Source: an uncultured Nitrososphaeraceae archaeon
GTDB taxonomy: Archaea > Thermoproteota > Nitrososphaeria > Nitrososphaerales > Nitrososphaeraceae
DNA length: 64,000 nucleotides
Reading direction: 5' to 3'
Assembly: GCA_963765895.1 (NCBI GenBank)
Contig: CAVXZB010000047.1
Span: forward strand, 1 to 64,000
Of the stretch, positions 58,581-64,000 are shown in pieces. Position 1 is the first letter of the stretch; each line of letters begins with the position of its first letter. The position numbers and the translations under genes are program-made. Under the pieces are notes generated by a model. The model was not told where the DNA came from, did no database searches, and saw nothing but the letters and a program-made list of their open reading frames with translations.

Positions 58581-59498
58581 TTAGTATGTGAAGTCAAGAG
58601 TTTGTGCAACTCCTGATAGTACCTGAAAGCTACCTATAGTCTTGTGGCTTCCATCAGGAAAAGCTACTATAACGTTGTATTTTCCAGCTGGTACTTGGAA
58701 GTAGTAATTATCGTCTATAGATATTATAGAATTTACAGTATAACCTGTTTGTTGTTCTGCAGCTACTATTGTTGCTCCTATAGCTGGTAATCCTGCAGGT
58801 CCTGATACATGGCCATATATTGCACCTAACACTAATGGTGTATCTGGTGAAGGCGATAATGATACTGTACCTTTATTAACATTGGGCAACAATCCCCCAG
58901 TTATAATAAATCCAGCTAATGTAATGGCTCCTAAGATTCCTACAACCGTATAAATTATTGACTTGTAATTATTATTCTTATTTACAATAATTTCGTTGCT
59001 GTATTCAGGTTCCACCTCCTTTTCAATGGGTCTTTGTTTCATGAGTTGTCCTTGTTGTTGCTTTTGCTGTGAAAAAGATAATCCAGTTGATATGCCATAG
59101 CCATCTTTATGTCTATGCCTATGCTCTCTATGTTCATGAGAAGCACCCCTTCCTCCAATACCACCAGTATATTCTCCAGTAACCTCTAAAACATCGTCAT
59201 CTTTACATATTTCTTCTAACATTTCTGAAGTTAATCTATGATTAGCAACATAGTGCGTACCGTTATCATATATTGCAGGAATCATACCAGTCTTATTAAA
59301 TATTAAATCTCTTTTTGCTTGTGAATTTGTTCCTGGTTTTGTAAATATCTCTACCATGTAAAAAGGTGCAACTTTAGGATTTTCCTGTTCTCGTAATAAC
59401 AAATCATGAACTAGACTAGGGTCCGCTTTTGGCAAATATGTCTCATACAGAGTTTGTAACCCATTGAACACCATTTTTACTTCTGATATCTTTGACAT
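58581..59498 (-). CDS. membrane protein: N-terminal alpha/beta domain, His-rich linker, TM, carboxypeptidase-regulatory-like domain
   Basis: HEHREHRHRHK; GHVSGPAGLPAIGATI..VPAGKYNV. Confidence 0.75.
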   Translation of the reverse strand: MSKISEVKMVFNGLQTLYETYLPKADPSLVHDLLLREQENPKVAPFYMVEIFTKPGTNSQAKRDLIFNKTGMIPAIYDNGTHYVANHRLTSEMLEEICKDDDVLEVTGEYTGGIGGRGASHEHREHRHRHKDGYGISTGLSFSQQKQQQGQLMKQRPIEKEVEPEYSNEIIVNKNNNYKSIIYTVVGILGAITLAGFIITGGLLPNVNKGTVSLSPSPDTPLVLGAIYGHVSGPAGLPAIGATIVAAEQQTGYTVNSIISIDDNYYFQVPAGKYNVIVAFPDGSHKTIGSFQVLSGVAQTLDFTY

Positions 59499-60344
59499 AT
59501 TATTACCATTATATAGGAATAAACTGATTTAGGTATAGTGCAAGTCAAGCTGCGTTTTAGCATACTTTTTGTAATGCTTTGTCTGTATTTTAGATCTTTA
59601 TGTATACAAAACAGACAACGGAAGTTTAAGCTAAAAACAATCTAACTTCTCTAAAATGTCTGTAACGCATGGTTCAGTTGATCTAAAATCTATAAAAATT
59701 ATATTACGAACGTAATTCTATGAGTTATATTTTTATTATGTTGCTAGTTGTTGTTGTTGTTGTTGCTGTCACTGTACTTCTTCTACTGATCTCACTCTTT
59801 TATCAATCTCCTTTTTCACCCAATCTTGATAATATACTAGGTTAGTTGTTATAAACATCTGCGTTCCATTTACTCCTTCATAAGGCTCTAGTCTTCTCAA
59901 TGTCAAAGCAACTGTTGATATATTTGGACAAAAGAAAAACCAAAAAGATCACTTCCTGTTGACTAGCATGTGGTATAACAAACTAGTATTCTTGCATCTC
60001 TTGATAGATTTCTCCAAGACAGACTTATAAAGAGAATCATCCTCTAGATGGACCATGATAACAAATTCAATATAACCTGCCACCTGCAAAGGAGACATAT
60101 TTCTGATAACGCCAGTCTTGATGGTATACTACGATCACCATTCCGAGATCGTTATATGGTGGGTTTACGTTAAGAATTGAGTAACTAATCAGTCGTAACG
60201 TTCTGCCGTGTAGGTAGGACTCCCTGTCTAAATAGATATTTGAGCTTTTAATAATCCTTTAACTAAAACAAAAGTGATTGTCAGAACTACCAGGAGACAA
60301 GATAAAGGCAACGATTCAACGCAGAATTGATATGAAGCAGGAGA

Positions 60345-60887
60345 TCAAACCTCACAAACAGAGTCTAAGGGAAGTAGAATTGCGAACTTTGAGCTAATAT
60401 ATGCAGACCCACTAGGATAGCCAAACAGTCTAGCTCCAGAACTGATGTTGACAATGATACCTGATTTTTGGATCCTCATTATTGGAAGGACCGCTTGAGT
60501 TGTTCTTGTCAATCCATAAAAATTTGTCTCAAACTGTCTCTTCATCTACTCTATTGTTAGATCCTTAAAAGCTCCACTAAGACCATACCCCGCATTATTG
60601 ACAAGAACATCGATTCTGTCCCTATCAGTCATTATGCTCTAAATAGCACTTTTGACTGAAGCATCATCAGTAACATCAAGTTGGATAATCTTTAATGGCA
60701 ATTTACTTTAGCAGCATGTGTTCTCAGGTTATCTGCCTTTTGCAATGTTCGCATCGTAGCATACGTAATGAATTTATTCCTTGCAAGGAGTAAGGAAGTC
60801 TCCAATCCGATTTCGCTAGAGCTCGCCTGTGACAACAGACACTCCCTGCTGAGTCTCTTTTTCTTTCAAAGTAGGGCTATCACCCAT
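60345..60887 (-). pseudogene. short-chain dehydrogenase/reductase, degenerate
   Basis: VVTG, QLDVTD, DVLVNNAGYG, NISS, YxxxK (YISSK); stops and frameshifts. Confidence 0.88.
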
Positions 60888-60944
60888 CTTGTTCCTTTAA
60901 TTTTTCTGTCTTTATTATTTTTTAGACATTACCACCTGATAATC

Positions 60945-61160
60945 TGGGACCGTGGGGCAGATGCTTGTACGTAAAAAGGATCAACTCAATTATCAATCAA
61001 TACTCGATTGGAAAAAGCTTCATTGAAATGACGATACAGTACCTAAAAGATAGAACCGAATGTTTTGATGGTAATTTCCCCCTGTAAGAAGTTACAATGA
61101 TTGTAGGCTATCGCATGTCAAGAATTGGTTGTGTTATTTGTAGATATGCATAAGAGTGAT
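60945..61160 (+). mobile_element. IS6-family transposase C-terminal remnant
   Basis: IEMTIQYLKDRTECFDGNFPC..HVKNWL, read manually. Confidence 0.65.
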
Positions 61161-61237
61161 TAAGGAATGTGTCGTTAAGTGAAGAGTCTAAAATCTACAT
61201 GTTATATTTATTAGAAATAAGTACCATATCAGTTCAA

Positions 61238-61450
61238 ATGACTCATGTTGCAAAAATTATAGAACTCGTAGGCGGCTCCGATATCGGATGGAAAGAGGCA
61301 GCACAAGCAGCAGTAGATGAAGCTAAAAAGACTGTACATGGAATAAATGGTGTTGAAATTACAAATATGACTGCAAATGTGGATCCGAATACTGGAAAGA
61401 TTACCCAATATCGCGCAATCGTAAAAATATCATTTGGTGTAGAACACTAG
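61238..61450 (+). CDS. dodecin (flavin-binding)
   Basis: VAKIIELVGGS..GWKEAAQAAV..YRAIVKISF. Confidence 0.92.
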   Translation: MTHVAKIIELVGGSDIGWKEAAQAAVDEAKKTVHGINGVEITNMTANVDPNTGKITQYRAIVKISFGVEH

Positions 61451-61489
61451 CACTATTAAAAAACTCCTATTTGGATGAGAAATTTTTGA

Positions 61490-62030
61490 TATTTTGTGCG
61501 GAATACATTTCCGATCTTACAGATATTTGGGATTGTATTGACGCTCAAACGAAGGGACTATCTAGCCTAGTCTATTTCTTCAGCAGTAAAATCTTACCAA
61601 TGCCAAAAGTATAATCCAAGAGTGTGCGTTTATATGAACAAGAGTCCTCAGACTCTTTTTCTATTCTCTTAAACAAGCCATCAAGAACATTAGGAGTTGA
61701 TACCATTACAATATATGATTTGATATTGCAATGTATCTCTCAGAGACATCTCTAGTATCTTGTTGCTGTCCTGGAGGAAAGAAATCTGCTTCATCTAATA
61801 ATATTGAAGACACATTTAGTAAACCACGCTTTGCATCGAAATGATGTGATGGAAGTGTCTCTATCTTTACACCATTTAGTGCCACTACAGTTTCTATTGT
61901 ATCAAATGAAATGAAACCTTTTTACCTGCAAACAGTTTTTTCATCCCTACTAATTAGAGTAATAGCCAAGTCTATTCTAGGGCCCGTAACAATACGCATT
62001 TGCTAGCCTGCTAATTTATTATCTTTTAAG
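61490..62030 (-). pseudogene. terminase large subunit-like ATPase remnant
   Basis: IVTGPRIDLAITLI, LPSHHFDAKRGL, ILLDEADFFPPGQQQD (Walker B), VSTPN, PSFERQYN, spread over several frames. Confidence 0.7.
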
Positions 62031-62231
62031 CTCTGTCTTTTGCACATTGAGTGATACTTGATGGCCATCAAAACCCTGTACAATGTGTTTTGATATTTTG
62101 TACCTTGTTCTTCTGTCTTCGGTGGCATCAATATAGAATTTTCATCTAGGCATCAACATCAACATCAACATCTCCTATTAAATTTCCTTCACTTGATCTA
62201 GTAGCCTTTTGAATAACTGATTCCAAGTTTG

Positions 62232-64000
62232 CTACCTCACCTTGCCAGCATGATCTGGTGGGTAAGCCGTTGTTCTATTCTTATTAGGTACATATTTGCC
62301 AGTATGCTTCCAAATAAAGGAATCATGGGTACCCTCACTATTTCTTACAGCCCAAAAATCATAATCTCCATACTTCCTATCTCCAAACTGGTTTAAAGCT
62401 GTATTGCCTGTGATTCCTTGATACGATCGAGCTATCTTCACAATTGTATTTTTCAAGTAATTAATATCATGTGTAGTTTTGGTATCATTCTCGGCTAGCG
62501 CTGCTACCCATAATGTATCATAGGCAACACTAGCATAAGATCTAGGTGTTCTTTCTATCTGTTCATGGATCTGAGCTTCTACATGTTTGAGCCTTTCGTC
62601 GTCATCATCTTCAACTGCGAAAATTGCGGTTGTAAAATTCGTCTTTACTGCAAATGCTGCGACTTCGATATTTCTTATAAGTTTGTTATTTAATGATTCC
62701 TTGTCACTACCAAACCATTTTACTTTTGAAAGTGTAGGATGGTTTTGCGCTTGGATAAAAATTGGCGCAATTTCATCAAAAGCTACAGAGTATACTCCAA
62801 CCTTGTCTATGCCATACTGAGATATAGCTTGATTTACCTTAGAGTCCAAAGCCTTCAAATCTTGGTCCCAAACGATAAAGTTTATTCTATTAAGACTAGC
62901 AGCAAAATCACCCGTATTTGGTATATATCCAACTCCATCGGCAAATTTGCCACCTAGCTCTTGGAGACTATGTTTTGTTGCATTAACTAAATCATTTCCG
63001 TAAACATCAGTTCTCCAAAACGGTATTACTACTCTTATTCCATCATCCATCATCAGCTTTGATATTGCTTGAGCTTGATGAGTGTCGTCTGGCACAAATC
63101 TGAACACATTGTTTCCTTTTATACCTAGAGAGGAAGCAGTACTTGATGGACTAATTAACACTATTCCATTTTTATCAGCATAGTCTTGAGCAGCTTTTAG
63201 ATCTTCGCTTGTTGCAGGACCGATAACTATGTTTATACCTTTTGCTGCTAAATGCATTAGCTTTTCTAAGCTAACTGATGGATTTGTTTGTGTGTCTTCT
63301 ATAACCAGCTCGATACCAATATTTGAATGGGTCTTGAAGAGATATTCATTGATATCTTTGGTTGCAATCTTTAGTGCCGCCCCTCTGATTCACCCAAAGA
63401 TGAAGATACACCCGTTAAGGGAAGAAGAGCACCTATTTTCACTGTTTGCTGCTTTCAGAGCACCAGCCGGAGCTGGTAGTATTATCTCAGAACTTGGGTT
63501 AGAAAACAGGAAAAGCGATGATGACGATGAATATAAAGAGAAGTAAACTCCAATTGCTACAGCAACAACTACAATAGTGGCTATAGCCATAAGCGCCATG
63601 TGACTAATTTTTTTATGGGTTTTTTCTTCTGATTTATGCTTGTCAGTGTAGCCACCTCCTGGGGCAATAATTGACGTCTCGATTTGTTCTGACCTACGAC
63701 GTTCATCAATGCTTGGTTGACCATGTGATAGCAGAAATTTCACATACCATAATAATCCTGCAGCTATAACCAAATAATGGGCTGCGAAAAATATGGAAGA
63801 TAACCAAAACTGCTCTACTATTGACGTGAGAACAACGACTGCAAACCAACTATCAGATATAGCAATTAAAAATAAACCTAAGGATTCACATATCCAAGGT
63901 GTGAACCATAATGGCTCCTTTCTAAAATTTAACAAAATTACTATTGCAGGAACCATCAATACTGTATCCATAATCGGGTAGGCAATTATGACTGCAAACA
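62232..64000 (-). CDS. multi-TM domain fused to a type I periplasmic-binding (LivJ-like) domain; frameshift near 63455; 5' end outside window
   Basis: TM bundle, linker, TM, then VKIGALLPLTG..IEDTQTNP..IVIGPATS..SPSST..YDTLW..GITG. Confidence 0.8.

Overview
AT-rich archaeal DNA, most consistent with a soil ammonia-oxidising archaeon (Nitrososphaeraceae). The evidence is an archaeal EF-2 with the diphthamide loop, MpgS, an aSelBL-type factor, YVTN, PQQ-GDH and CHRD surface proteins, and lineage-typical integrases. A few housekeeping genes are intact (fusA, mpgS, Zn-ADH, HtrA, nitroreductase, F420 PPOX, dodecin). They sit in a mosaic of accessory genes, many broken by single-base frameshifts or nonsense codons. 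Mobile-element debris includes one complete 950-bp IS5-family element (18-bp TIRs, 9-bp TSD), IS5 and IS6 remnants, an intact tyrosine integrase, an integrase tail, two HTH remnants and a decayed terminase-large-subunit-like ATPase that the ORF track misses. Other notable items: a YnfA/SMR gene pair with opposite charge bias (predicted antiparallel heterodimer) beside ars remnants, a six-microprotein cluster, an arcadin-1-like gene, a membrane-domain/Venus-flytrap fusion, a repeated TAACTNAGTTA palindrome and an 8-bp VNTR at a promoter. No rRNA, complete tRNA or CRISPR array was seen. All family calls come from recognising motifs by eye, not from database searches.
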